DNA of 64,000 nt, taken from an uncultured Bacteroidota bacterium (GTDB taxonomy: Bacteria > Bacteroidota > Bacteroidia > Flavobacteriales > Flavobacteriaceae). Below are positions 17,713-27,491 of the stretch, piece by piece. Position 1 is the stretch's first letter, and every line of letters begins with the position of its first letter. Location: assembly GCA_902519955.1 (NCBI GenBank), contig CABYMF010000001.1:24055-88054 (forward strand), in the 5' to 3' direction. A model generated the notes under the pieces. The model had not been told where the DNA came from. It worked only from the letters and a program-made list of their open reading frames with translations, and did no database searches. The translations under genes were made by a program, and so were the position numbers.

Positions 17713-19139
17713 GGAGGATTAAAAAAACTAAAATAATTGCTACATTGGGTCCGTCATCATCATCTAGAGATAGCATAGAAATGCTAATTAAAGAGGGTGC
17801 AGATGTATTAAGGATTAATTTTTCTCACTCTACTCATGAAGAAGCCAAGTCACTTATAAATGATGTAAGGAAAATTAATGAAGAGTTAAATACCAACACA
17901 TCAATACTTACTGATCTTCAAGGACCAAAACTTAGAATCGGTGAGATTAAGGCTAATACATCTCTTAGTAACGGAGATGTAATTGAAATTGAGACTGGCA
18001 AAGAGTTCGTGGGAGATAAAAATAAGATTTATGTTGATTATAATAGCTTACCAATTGATATTAACATAGGAGAAAAAATATTAATTGATGATGGGAAGAT
18101 AATACTTAAAGTCCTTGAAACTAATAAGAAAAATAAGATTTCTGCTGAGATAATTCAAGGTGGGAATTTATCGTCACGTAAGGGTTTTAACCTTCCAAAC
18201 ACAAGTATTTCTCAACCTGCACTTACTGACAAAGACATAAAAGATGCTATTTTTTCTATTGAACAAAGTGTTGACTGGATAGCTCTTTCATTTGTGAGAC
18301 ATGAATCAGACATAAAATCATTAATTGAGCTTGTAGAGAAAAATACAGATCATAGAATACCAGTGATCGCAAAAATTGAGAAACCTGAGGGAGTTAAAAA
18401 TATTGATGATATAATGAAACACGCAAGTGGTATTATGGTTGCTAGAGGGGATCTTGGAGTAGAGATTAATGCTGCAGAGGTGCCTTTGATTCAGAAAAAA
18501 CTTGTAGATAAGGCAAAAAAGGCAAGAATACCTGTCATAATTGCTACTCAAATGATGGAAAGTATGATGGAAAGCTTAAATCCTAATAGAGCTGAAGTCA
18601 ATGATGTTGCAAATTCTGTAATGGATGGTGCAGATGCTGTAATGTTATCAGGAGAGACATCTGTTGGGAACCATCCTATAGAGGTAGTTCAAACAATTTC
18701 AAAAATTATTGGAAAGGTTGAAAATTCAAGTTTAATTGCACTTAAACATAAACATCCTAGAGACTACGATTCTGACAGATTTATAACAAAATCGATTTGC
18801 TATTATGCTGCAAAAGTTGCAAATGACACAAATGCTAAGGCTATAAGCACATTGACTAACAGTGGTTATACAGCATATCAAATTTCTTCATGGAGACCAA
18901 AGACTCATGTTCTAGTGTTTACATCAAACAAAAAGATTTTGACTCAACTTAATCTTCTTTGGGGAGTAAAAGCTTTTTATTATGATGGTACAGAAAGTAC
19001 TGACACAACTGTTGAGGAGATAAATAGAATAGCCCTCGAAAACAATTATCTTCAAAAAGATGATAAAGTTATAAATCTAACTTCAATGCCAATTGATAAA
19101 AAAGGTATGGTTAACACACTTAGAATTTCAAAAATATGA
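17709..19139 (+). CDS. pyk: Pyruvate kinase
   Basis: TKIIATLGPSS, LRINFSHS, QGPKLR, IIAKIE, MVARGDLGVE and MLSGETSVG. Length is 476 aa. Confidence 0.93.
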   Translation: MRRIKKTKIIATLGPSSSSRDSIEMLIKEGADVLRINFSHSTHEEAKSLINDVRKINEELNTNTSILTDLQGPKLRIGEIKANTSLSNGDVIEIETGKEFVGDKNKIYVDYNSLPIDINIGEKILIDDGKIILKVLETNKKNKISAEIIQGGNLSSRKGFNLPNTSISQPALTDKDIKDAIFSIEQSVDWIALSFVRHESDIKSLIELVEKNTDHRIPVIAKIEKPEGVKNIDDIMKHASGIMVARGDLGVEINAAEVPLIQKKLVDKAKKARIPVIIATQMMESMMESLNPNRAEVNDVANSVMDGADAVMLSGETSVGNHPIEVVQTISKIIGKVENSSLIALKHKHPRDYDSDRFITKSICYYAAKVANDTNAKAISTLTNSGYTAYQISSWRPKTHVLVFTSNKKILTQLNLLWGVKAFYYDGTESTDTTVEEINRIALENNYLQKDDKVINLTSMPIDKKGMVNTLRISKI

Positions 19140-20680
19140 ATATTAAAAGTATAGATGAGCTATTTAAAAAATATGAGTTAAATGGAATAATAAATGGCTG
19201 TTCTACTGGGTCAGATTGGTTTGGCTCTGGAGAAAAATTTGAAAGTCTTTCTCCAGTTGACGGAAAATTAATTGGAACAATTAAGTCTGGTTCAAAAAGT
19301 GATTTTGATCAGATAATTAAAAATTCAAAGAAAGCATTTAAAGTGTTTAGACAGATCCCTGCTCCTAACAGAGGCGAATTAGTTCGTCAATTTGGGAATA
19401 AATTAAGAGAGGAGAAAGAACTTTTAGGAACACTTGTGTCTTATGAAATGGGGAAATCATATCAAGAAGGACTTGGAGAAGTTCAAGAAATGATTGATAT
19501 CTGTGATTTTGCAGTAGGACTATCAAGACAATTACATGGATTCACGATGCATTCTGAAAGGCCAACTCATAGGATGTATGAACAGTATCATCCTTTGGGA
19601 ATAGTTGGGATAATATCAGCATTTAATTTTCCAGTTGCAGTTTGGAGCTGGAATGTTTCTCTTGCATGGGTTTGTGGTAATGTAACAATATGGAAACCTA
19701 GTGAAAAAACTCCTATGTGTAGTCTAGTTTGTCAGAAAATTATTGGAGAGGTTTTCAAAGATAACAATATTCCTGAAGGAGTTTCATGTCTTATAAATGG
19801 TGATTATAAAATAGGTGAAGTGTTATCTCAAAGTAAAGATATTCCACTTGTGTCAGCCACTGGCTCAACAAGAATGGGGAAAATTGTTGCTGAAAAAGTT
19901 GGTGCAAGATTAGGGAAAACATTACTAGAATTAGGAGGTAATAATGCAATAATTGTTACTCCAGATGCTGATTTAAAAATGACAATTATGGGTACAGTAT
20001 TTGGTGCAGTTGGTACCTGTGGACAGAGATGTACTTCAACAAGACGTTTAATTGTTCACGAAGAAGTTTATGATAACCTAAAAGAATCATTGGTAAAAGC
20101 CTACAATCAAATTAAAATTGGAGATCCTCTTGATTCAAATAATCATGTAGGACCACTTATAGATATTAATGCTGTTGAAGCATACAAAAGTGCAATTTCA
20201 AAAGTAGAAAAACAAGGAGGTAGTTGGTTGGTCAAAGGTGGAATTCTTAATGGAGAAGAATATTCTAGTGGTTGTTATGTAAAACCAGCAATTGCAGAAG
20301 TTGACCATTCTTTGGAAATTGTTCACCAAGAAACATTTGCACCAATATTATATCTAATAAGATATAAAGGAGATGTCCAAAATGCAATAGATATTCAAAA
20401 TGAAGTTGATCAAGGACTATCATCTGCAATTATGACCAATAATTTGAAAGAATCTGAATTATTTCTCTCTCATTGGGGAAGTGATTGTGGAATTGCCAAT
20501 GTCAACATTGGTACATCTGGTGCTGAAATTGGAGGTGCATTTGGTGGTGAAAAAGATACTGGTGGTGGAAGAGAAAGTGGCTCTGATGCATGGAAGGTAT
20601 ATATGAGAAGGCAGACTAATACAATTAATTTTTCATCTGAACTACCATTAGCTCAAGGAATTAAATTTGATATTAATTAG
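19136..20680 (+). CDS. Aldehyde dehydrogenase, ALDH7 (alpha-aminoadipic semialdehyde / piperideine-6-carboxylate dehydrogenase) type
   Basis: ELGGNNA, the catalytic Cys region GTCGQRCTSTRR, and the C-terminus GGEKDTGGGRESGSDAWKVYMRRQTNTINFSSELPLAQGIKF. That C-terminus closely resembles the antiquitin-family tail as I remember it. The ATG overlaps the pyk stop (ATGA). Confidence 0.85.
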   Translation: MNIKSIDELFKKYELNGIINGCSTGSDWFGSGEKFESLSPVDGKLIGTIKSGSKSDFDQIIKNSKKAFKVFRQIPAPNRGELVRQFGNKLREEKELLGTLVSYEMGKSYQEGLGEVQEMIDICDFAVGLSRQLHGFTMHSERPTHRMYEQYHPLGIVGIISAFNFPVAVWSWNVSLAWVCGNVTIWKPSEKTPMCSLVCQKIIGEVFKDNNIPEGVSCLINGDYKIGEVLSQSKDIPLVSATGSTRMGKIVAEKVGARLGKTLLELGGNNAIIVTPDADLKMTIMGTVFGAVGTCGQRCTSTRRLIVHEEVYDNLKESLVKAYNQIKIGDPLDSNNHVGPLIDINAVEAYKSAISKVEKQGGSWLVKGGILNGEEYSSGCYVKPAIAEVDHSLEIVHQETFAPILYLIRYKGDVQNAIDIQNEVDQGLSSAIMTNNLKESELFLSHWGSDCGIANVNIGTSGAEIGGAFGGEKDTGGGRESGSDAWKVYMRRQTNTINFSSELPLAQGIKFDIN

Positions 20681-20685
20681 TAGTT

Positions 20686-21690
20686 CTATTTAAACTGGTT
20701 TAGAAATCTAATATCATTTTCAAAAAATAGTCTTATATCTGGTATTTGATAAATTAACATTGCTATTCTTTCAATCCCCAGACCAAAAGCATATCCAGTG
20801 TATTTTTCTGAGTCAATATTACAATTTTGAAGAACATTTGGGTCAACCATTCCACAGCCCATAATTTCTAACCATCCTGTTCCTTTTGTAATCCTGTAAT
20901 CAGTTTCAGTCTCTAATCCCCAATATATATCTACTTCAGCACTTGGTTCAGTGAAGGGAAAGAATGAAGGTCTGAATCTTAATTTTGATTTACCAAACAT
21001 AGATTTTGTGAAATAGAGTATCATTTGTTTTAAATCTGCAAAAGAAACCTTTTTGTCAACATATATACCTTCTATTTGATGAAACATACAGTGTGATCTT
21101 GAAGATATTGCCTCGTTACGATAAACTCTTCCCGGAGATATTATTTTTAATGGTGGAGGGTTGTCTTCTAGATATCTAACCTGAACTGAGGAAGTATGTG
21201 TTCTTAAAAGGATATCTGGATCCTGTTGTATAAAAAAAGTATCTTGCATATCTCTAGCAGGGTGGTCTTTTGGGAGATTAAGAGCTGTAAAATTATGCCA
21301 ATCATCTTCTATCTCAGGTCCCTCAGATAATTCAAAACCAACTTTAGAAAAAATATCAATAATTCTGTTTTTGATTAATGTTATAGGATGAAGTGAACCT
21401 GATGAAATTGGAAAGCCTGGTTTAGTGTAATCCTCAGTTATTGATTTTGTAGACTTTTTTATTCCTAATTTCAGTTTTTCATATTTATCTAATGCTAGAT
21501 TTTTTAAATCATTGATTTTTTGACCATATTCTTTTTTTTGATCAGCAGGAACATTTTTAAAGTCTGAGAATAATTTATTGATTAGTCCCTTTCTACCCAG
21601 AAACTTTATTTTCATAGATTCAATCTCATCTTTGTCTTTTGAATCAAAGTTTTTTATATATGAAATATGATCCTCTAGTTTTTTTATCAT
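20686..21690 (-). CDS. pheS: Phenylalanine--tRNA ligase alpha subunit
   Basis: [43 protein letters not shown] and [14 protein letters not shown]. Confidence 0.93.
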   Translation of the reverse strand: MIKKLEDHISYIKNFDSKDKDEIESMKIKFLGRKGLINKLFSDFKNVPADQKKEYGQKINDLKNLALDKYEKLKLGIKKSTKSITEDYTKPGFPISSGSLHPITLIKNRIIDIFSKVGFELSEGPEIEDDWHNFTALNLPKDHPARDMQDTFFIQQDPDILLRTHTSSVQVRYLEDNPPPLKIISPGRVYRNEAISSRSHCMFHQIEGIYVDKKVSFADLKQMILYFTKSMFGKSKLRFRPSFFPFTEPSAEVDIYWGLETETDYRITKGTGWLEIMGCGMVDPNVLQNCNIDSEKYTGYAFGLGIERIAMLIYQIPDIRLFFENDIRFLNQFK

Positions 21691-21760
21691 TATTTTTTTT
21701 TAAAAAAAATTAAAAGTCTGTGATTAACCTTCTGTATATTGCAAATATAAATTAAGTTTT

Positions 21761-22258
21761 ATGAATTTAATTGATTTAATAATAATTGCAATAATTGGAT
21801 TTGGGATTATTAGGGGATATTCGAAAGGGTTAATTATAGAAATATCTAGTTTTTTTGGAATATTTATTGCTTTTTTTATTGCTGGTAATGTTGACAACGT
21901 CTTATCGGATAAAGTATCTTCTTTTACTAATGCAAATTCTGATTTAATAAACACTATCTGTTTTATTTTAATTTTTATTTTAAGCTATGTACTCATTATA
22001 TATATTGCAAAAGGATTCACAAAACTAGCAAAAGTTATTTATTTAGGTCTCCTAAACAGTTTATTAGGAGGGGTTTTCGGAGGATTGAAGTTACTTTTGA
22101 TACTATTAATTATTGTTAAGATTATATTCTCTTTAAACTTATTATCAAATAACATAATTTCTGAGTCATCTATAATTATTCAATTACATATTCTCTCTGA
22201 AATTTTATTTAATTCATTTGAAATAAGCCAAGAAATTAATCCAGAAAAATTAATTTAA
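21761..22258 (+). CDS. CvpA-family membrane protein
   Basis: A four-TM small protein whose N-terminus, MNLIDLIIIAIIGFGIIRGYSKGLI, is characteristic of CvpA (colicin V production) proteins. Confidence 0.7.
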   Translation: MNLIDLIIIAIIGFGIIRGYSKGLIIEISSFFGIFIAFFIAGNVDNVLSDKVSSFTNANSDLINTICFILIFILSYVLIIYIAKGFTKLAKVIYLGLLNSLLGGVFGGLKLLLILLIIVKIIFSLNLLSNNIISESSIIIQLHILSEILFNSFEISQEINPEKLI

Positions 22259-22993
22259 AAATTTTAAGCTTGAGGCTTCAATCCAACCCAAGGTTCCATT
22301 GTCAAGTTGAATGTTTACCCAATCTTCAATTAAATCTATTTGTTTAACTTTTGTTCCCTCATGAAGAAGAAATTTTAATTCAGAAATTTTATTTGGTTCT
22401 GACCAGACTTCTATTTCCTTTTCAAAAATAATTGCAAATTTATTATTATCCAGTTCTTTCTTTTCATAATTAAGGTATAGTGATGATAATGAGATTACTG
22501 CAATGAGTATTGATAGAGTGAAAAAGGTTCTCTTTAGCCTAGAACTTTTCAGGAGCATATATAGTATAAATGAAATACAAAAAAGCCAAACTGAAATTAC
22601 AAAGGAATATGCCCAGCCTTTCTCTGAGAATAAGTCAAGAGTAGAAATCTTAATATTTTGAATTTGAGTTATCGGAAGGTTCTCTATTTTATCAATTCTT
22701 AAATTTTGAGCAAATGATAGATTGGTTATTATATCTATGTCATTTGGAGAAAGGGCTAAAGCTTTTTCAAAGTAAAAATTGCTCTCTGGAATATTGTTTA
22801 ACTTATAAAAAGAATTACCAACATTAAAGTATAATTCCGCACTCTCAAAACCGGAGTTGATAATTTCAAAATATCCGTCTAGTGCAGCCTCATAATTTCC
22901 ATTAGTGTAATAATCATTTGATTGTTTGAAAATTTCATCCGCTTGTTGATTATTTGATAGAAATATCGATAAGATTATTAAAAATATTTTCAT
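22250..22993 (-). CDS. batE: BatE-like protein (TPR, TM, C-terminal SH3-like domain)
   Basis: Signal peptide, TPR segment (YYTNGNYEAALDGY...NVGNSFYKL...YFEKALAL), TM helices, and a C-terminal W..I....G..GWI motif. It is the last gene of the Bat operon, and its size (247 aa) matches BatE. Confidence 0.65.
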   Translation of the reverse strand: MKIFLIILSIFLSNNQQADEIFKQSNDYYTNGNYEAALDGYFEIINSGFESAELYFNVGNSFYKLNNIPESNFYFEKALALSPNDIDIITNLSFAQNLRIDKIENLPITQIQNIKISTLDLFSEKGWAYSFVISVWLFCISFILYMLLKSSRLKRTFFTLSILIAVISLSSLYLNYEKKELDNNKFAIIFEKEIEVWSEPNKISELKFLLHEGTKVKQIDLIEDWVNIQLDNGTLGWIEASSLKFLN

Positions 22994-24732
22994 GATTTAG
23001 TCTTCATTATTATACCAACAACTTTTCTTGCATTTTCTAAATCTTTATTCATGACTGAGTCAGAAGATCTTGAGTATTTAGCTTTTTCACAATTTTCAAT
23101 CAGATTAATAATTTGCGAAATATGTTCATTTGACAAGCCCTTATTTTCTGTTATCTCTTGAATCTTTTCCTTATTTAAGCTTTCCATTCTTATTGAGAAC
23201 TTTACCATTAGGCTTTTAATGATCGATTTTTCAATTATATCATAGAATTGATTTTTTTCATTTGTTAATTTTTTTGCAGAATTAATCATATTATATATTC
23301 TTTTTTCTTCATTCTTAATTGTCTCTGAATATGATTTTTTTCTATTTCTTTTAAAGGCTGTAAACGCAATCAATGCAAGAGAAAGCACAAATGGTGTGGA
23401 AGATAGAATATAAAAGAGTTCTGACTCAAAAAATTTATAATCATCAAACTCATTTAAATTACCTTTTAATTTGATAAATCTAAATGAATCACCCGATGTA
23501 ATAACATTTGAGTCATTTGTTGTAGAAGGGTTGTTATAAGTAGGGCCATCAAAGACATCAACTGTAAGTCTAGGAGACTTCAAGATTTTATATCTTTCAG
23601 TGCTTGGGTCAAAATATGAAAATTCAACTTCTTCAATAGGGAAATTTCCTTGGAATCTAGGAATGACAGTAAAATATTTTGATACTGAACCACTCATACC
23701 TGATAAATTAGTGTTTATTGATTCTTCTCTCTCTGGCTCAAAAAGCTCCATTGAATTTGGAACCAGCATATTGGGTAAATCAAATAGTTTGAGATTTCCA
23801 CTACCTTTTACTTTTAGTTCTGCTTGAAATGATTCGGTAGCTCTTAAAGATTTTTTATTTAAAATAACATCAAATTCAAATTGTCCAACTGCTCCAGTAA
23901 AACTATTTGGCTTACCATTTTCAGGAAGATCTCTCACATTGATTTTCCTCATTCCAGTTGAGATGAATTGAGAAGTCTGGTCATAAATTACATTACCGAA
24001 GAAATCTCGTTTATCAGTAGGAACATCTAGAACTAAATTTAATGATAAAGGTGATATTTCTAATTCTCCTGGTTTCTGTGGATAGAGTACAACTTTCCTC
24101 CATTCTACAACATTATAATTTTGACCCCTGTAAACTTCCCTCTGAACCTTTAATTGAGGAATTTTTATTGTCTGACTCCAAAAATCTTTATAATTGGGTG
24201 TCTCAGTTTCTCTTGCATCAGATATATTAATCGGGGCCTTATAGTAAAGTTTATAAATGATTGTTATTGGTTCATTTAAGTATGGAGAGCCTTTTGAGAT
24301 TAATGCCCTTAACTCAATATCATCATCACTGTAGTATTGAGTTACTGAATCAGATGGTTGACTTACAGAGTCTGTAATTAATACTTCAATTGGAAGAGAC
24401 TTATATATTTCCCCATCTATTTCAATTGACGCTTGACTTATTTTTAGATTTCCTTTCTTTAAAGGTTTAAGAAAATAAGAGTATGTTTTTGAGAAACTTC
24501 TTTCGCCATTTACATACGAAGTTTTAATAGACTGATTTGGACCTCCAATTATTTGAAAGTTTTCAAAATTTGGAGGTGAAAAATTATCTCCATTTTGATT
24601 CATTACAAAGTCAATCCTAAGTCTTTCATTAAGCCCAAGTTTTGATTTACTAACAGATGCATCAAACTTAATCTGGGAAAAAAGAATAAATGAATTAAAT
24701 ATTAATAGTATTGTAAATAATTTTCTTACCAA
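22990..24732 (-). CDS. batD: BatD-family protein (oxygen tolerance)
   Basis: A 580-aa protein with a signal peptide, repeated Ig-like beta-rich domains, a single TM near residue 445 and a helical cytoplasmic tail. Position and size match BatD. Confidence 0.7.
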   Translation of the reverse strand: MVRKLFTILLIFNSFILFSQIKFDASVSKSKLGLNERLRIDFVMNQNGDNFSPPNFENFQIIGGPNQSIKTSYVNGERSFSKTYSYFLKPLKKGNLKISQASIEIDGEIYKSLPIEVLITDSVSQPSDSVTQYYSDDDIELRALISKGSPYLNEPITIIYKLYYKAPINISDARETETPNYKDFWSQTIKIPQLKVQREVYRGQNYNVVEWRKVVLYPQKPGELEISPLSLNLVLDVPTDKRDFFGNVIYDQTSQFISTGMRKINVRDLPENGKPNSFTGAVGQFEFDVILNKKSLRATESFQAELKVKGSGNLKLFDLPNMLVPNSMELFEPEREESINTNLSGMSGSVSKYFTVIPRFQGNFPIEEVEFSYFDPSTERYKILKSPRLTVDVFDGPTYNNPSTTNDSNVITSGDSFRFIKLKGNLNEFDDYKFFESELFYILSSTPFVLSLALIAFTAFKRNRKKSYSETIKNEEKRIYNMINSAKKLTNEKNQFYDIIEKSIIKSLMVKFSIRMESLNKEKIQEITENKGLSNEHISQIINLIENCEKAKYSRSSDSVMNKDLENARKVVGIIMKTKS

Positions 24733-25463
24733 TCTTTTTCAGCTTTTTTTGATGTTTGAACTTTCTTTTTACCGGATTTTATCTTCTGATTTAAATCTTT
24801 CTCAATATTATTGACTGCATCTAGCAGATTCTCCATTTGTTGTTTAGATAAACCTCCTCCTTCATCTTGGTTTTTATCTTTCTCTGGGTCCTTTGGTTTT
24901 TCCTTTTCTGAATCCGAATCCTGATCACTGTTTTGATCTTGATCTTTATTGTCTTTTTGATCCTCAGATTTATCATTCTTCTCTTCTTCTGAATCTTCAC
25001 TATTCTGGTTATTTTGTCGTTTATCTCCCTCTAGGAATTTTTTTGCTAAGGCATAATTGTATCGAGTTTCGTCATCTTCTGAATTATTTCTTAAAGCATT
25101 TTTATAAGCTTCAACAGCCTGAGCATAATCTTTCTTTTTCATATATGAATTTCCCAGATTATGGAATGCAGAATGCTTCTCAAGATCTACTTGAGAATTT
25201 TTTTGAGTTTTAAAATACTCTTGAATTGCTTCATCATAATTGCTATTTTCAAAAAGAAGGTTTCCGAGATTATGAGAAGCAGTAGTTTGATTTTTATTTT
25301 TAGATATAGCTTTTCTATACTCAACTTCTGCACCTGTAAAATTTTGTTTAATTGATTCTTTATTACCATTAAATACACGATTATTCGGATCGCTCTGACA
25401 GTTAAGAGAGACTGTAAAAGTCAAAAAGAGTAAATGTATAATATGACTATTTCTCATTTTCAT
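24726..25463 (-). CDS. batC: BatC-like TPR protein with an acidic low-complexity C-terminal half
   Basis: TPR repeats (HNLGNLLFENSNYDEAIQEY, HNLGNSYMKKKDYAQAVEAYKNAL) followed by a D/E/K/N/Q-rich tract. Operon position matches BatC. Confidence 0.65.
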   Translation of the reverse strand: MKMRNSHIIHLLFLTFTVSLNCQSDPNNRVFNGNKESIKQNFTGAEVEYRKAISKNKNQTTASHNLGNLLFENSNYDEAIQEYFKTQKNSQVDLEKHSAFHNLGNSYMKKKDYAQAVEAYKNALRNNSEDDETRYNYALAKKFLEGDKRQNNQNSEDSEEEKNDKSEDQKDNKDQDQNSDQDSDSEKEKPKDPEKDKNQDEGGGLSKQQMENLLDAVNNIEKDLNQKIKSGKKKVQTSKKAEKDW

Positions 25464-26487
25464 TAAATAAGTTTAGATTCTGGATCCATTTTGTTTTAGT
25501 TTGAAATATAAAAATATCCGCAATTATAAACAAAAGGGCTATCAGTATAAAAATTTGAAATTGCTGCTTATACTCAACAAATTGAGAAGTCTCAAATTCA
25601 GATTTATCAATTTCATCAAGCTTAGCCTTAACAGATTCTAGTGTTTCTTCTGTTATGTTTCCGTCAATATACTCTCCTCCAGAAGAACTAGCTATTTTAT
25701 TTAAAATTTCACTATTTCTTTTAGTGATAACAACTTCACCATTATTATCCTTTTTATAAGAATCTACTGTACCATTAATTTTTATTGGAATTGTTGAACC
25801 GCTATCTTGCCCAACACCAATTGAAATAAGATTAATATTATTCTCAATTATTAAATTTATTAAGCTTTCTGGGATATCATCATGATCTTCTCCATCAGAA
25901 AGCAAGATAAGGACCCTATTGGTTTCTGAATTTAGATCAAAAAATTTTGCAGAAAGATTTAGGGCAGAGTCAATTGATGTACCTTGCGATGATAACATGT
26001 CAGTATCAATAATTTGTAAGAAATTTTTTACAGATGCAAAGTCAGTAGTTAAAGGAACTTGAGGAATTGCTTTAGCAGCATAAGCAACTATCCCTACTCG
26101 ATCACTACTTAATGAATTTATAATCTCAGAAATTATTCTTTTTGATCTTAAGAGTCTGTTTGGAGCAACATCTTCGGCAAGCATACTTTTAGAAACATCT
26201 ACAGCAAAAACTATATCAACCCCTTCTCTATTTACAGACTTTAATTCTGTTCCTATTTTTGGATTTGCCAAACCTATTGATAAAAATAATACTGCAAGAC
26301 ATTCTAGAATCAATTTTAAATTAAGCTTAAAATTTGATCGATTAGGGCTGATAACATTAAGTAATTCTGAATCTGAATAAGAGTCTTGAATCTTTTTTCT
26401 CCAAGACATATAAATCCAGTTAATTATCACTAAAAAAGGGATTATTAATGTTAAATATAGGAAATATGGATTGTCAAATTGATACAT
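25447..26487 (-). CDS. batB: VWA-domain membrane protein (BatB-like)
   Basis: N-terminal TMs, a VWA MIDAS motif (VDIVFAVDVSKSM) and ILLSDGEDH. Length is 346 aa. Confidence 0.8.
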   Translation of the reverse strand: MYQFDNPYFLYLTLIIPFLVIINWIYMSWRKKIQDSYSDSELLNVISPNRSNFKLNLKLILECLAVLFLSIGLANPKIGTELKSVNREGVDIVFAVDVSKSMLAEDVAPNRLLRSKRIISEIINSLSSDRVGIVAYAAKAIPQVPLTTDFASVKNFLQIIDTDMLSSQGTSIDSALNLSAKFFDLNSETNRVLILLSDGEDHDDIPESLINLIIENNINLISIGVGQDSGSTIPIKINGTVDSYKKDNNGEVVITKRNSEILNKIASSSGGEYIDGNITEETLESVKAKLDEIDKSEFETSQFVEYKQQFQIFILIALLFIIADIFIFQTKTKWIQNLNLFNENEK

Positions 26488-27491
26488 TATATAAAACTCT
26501 TAAATATTGATTTTCTTGAAATTATTTCTATTACGTAAAGTATAAAAGCTAACAAGACAAAAGGCCTATATTTCTCTGAAATATTTGTAAAAATAGTCTC
26601 TGTAATTTCTGTTTTCTCCAATTTATTTATTTCATTATAAATTTTTTGAAGTTCTAAATTATCTGTTGCTCTAAAATATATACCTGATGTTTTTTCAGAT
26701 ATATATCTTAGAAGGTCTTCATCAATTTCAACTTTTGTTAATCTAAATTGAAAATCTCCATTTGGAAGAATTGAAACTGGGGCTAAAGCTCTTCCATTTG
26801 TCCCAAGACCAATTGTGTATGTCTTGATCTCATATTCTGCCGCAAGCTCTGCTGCAATTCTTGGATCTATAAAACCTGAATTATTAACTCCATCCGTTAG
26901 AAGAATGATTACTTTACTTTTGGCTGTACTCTCTTTTAGTCTGTTTACTGCAGTTGATAGTCCCATTCCAATAGCTGTCCCATCCTCTAGAAGAGACTCA
27001 TATTTAATATCTGATAATGATTGTTTTAAAATTAATTTATCAGTAGTAACAGGTGTTTTTGTATAACTTTCAGCAGCATAAACAACTAAACCAATTCTAT
27101 CATTTGGTCTATCATCAATAAAGTTAGAAGCAACGTTCTTTAAAGCTGAGAGTCTATCAGGTTTTAGATCTTTTGATAACATACTTGAAGAAATATCTAT
27201 AACCATAACAATATCTATACCCCTTGATGATTTTATTCTTTTTGATGTTGACTTAGATTGAGGTCTAGATATAGCTATAATTAGAAGCAGTATCACAATA
27301 ATTCTCATTACATATAGAAATGGTCTAAGCCTTGCAATAAAAGATCTATTAAATTTTAGTAATGATAAAGAAGATTGCTTTAAAGTTGCTTGTGTTAACT
27401 TGCCAAATCTATACCAAAATATTAATGCTAAAGGTATTATAATAGCAAGTATAAAATATTCAGGATCTGCGAAATATAAATCTTTAAACAT
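26487..27491 (-). CDS. batA: VWA-domain membrane protein (BatA-like)
   Basis: N-terminal TMs, a MIDAS motif (IDIVMVIDISSSM), GTAIGMGL, ILLTDGVNN and a C-terminal TM. Length is 334 aa. Confidence 0.8.
   Translation of the reverse strand: MFKDLYFADPEYFILAIIIPLALIFWYRFGKLTQATLKQSSLSLLKFNRSFIARLRPFLYVMRIIVILLLIIAISRPQSKSTSKRIKSSRGIDIVMVIDISSSMLSKDLKPDRLSALKNVASNFIDDRPNDRIGLVVYAAESYTKTPVTTDKLILKQSLSDIKYESLLEDGTAIGMGLSTAVNRLKESTAKSKVIILLTDGVNNSGFIDPRIAAELAAEYEIKTYTIGLGTNGRALAPVSILPNGDFQFRLTKVEIDEDLLRYISEKTSGIYFRATDNLELQKIYNEINKLEKTEITETIFTNISEKYRPFVLLAFILYVIEIISRKSIFKSFI

Noticed and set aside
24848-25013. Repetitive-looking GA(T/A)-rich DNA (gatc/tctt/tgat periodicity) that might be a tandem repeat or array.
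   Set aside because: It is the in-frame acidic low-complexity tract of BatC (SEDSEEEKNDKSEDQKDNKDQDQNSDQDSDSEKEKPKDPEKDKNQDE). There is no exact repeat unit and no spacer/repeat organisation, so it is not a CRISPR or a VNTR.
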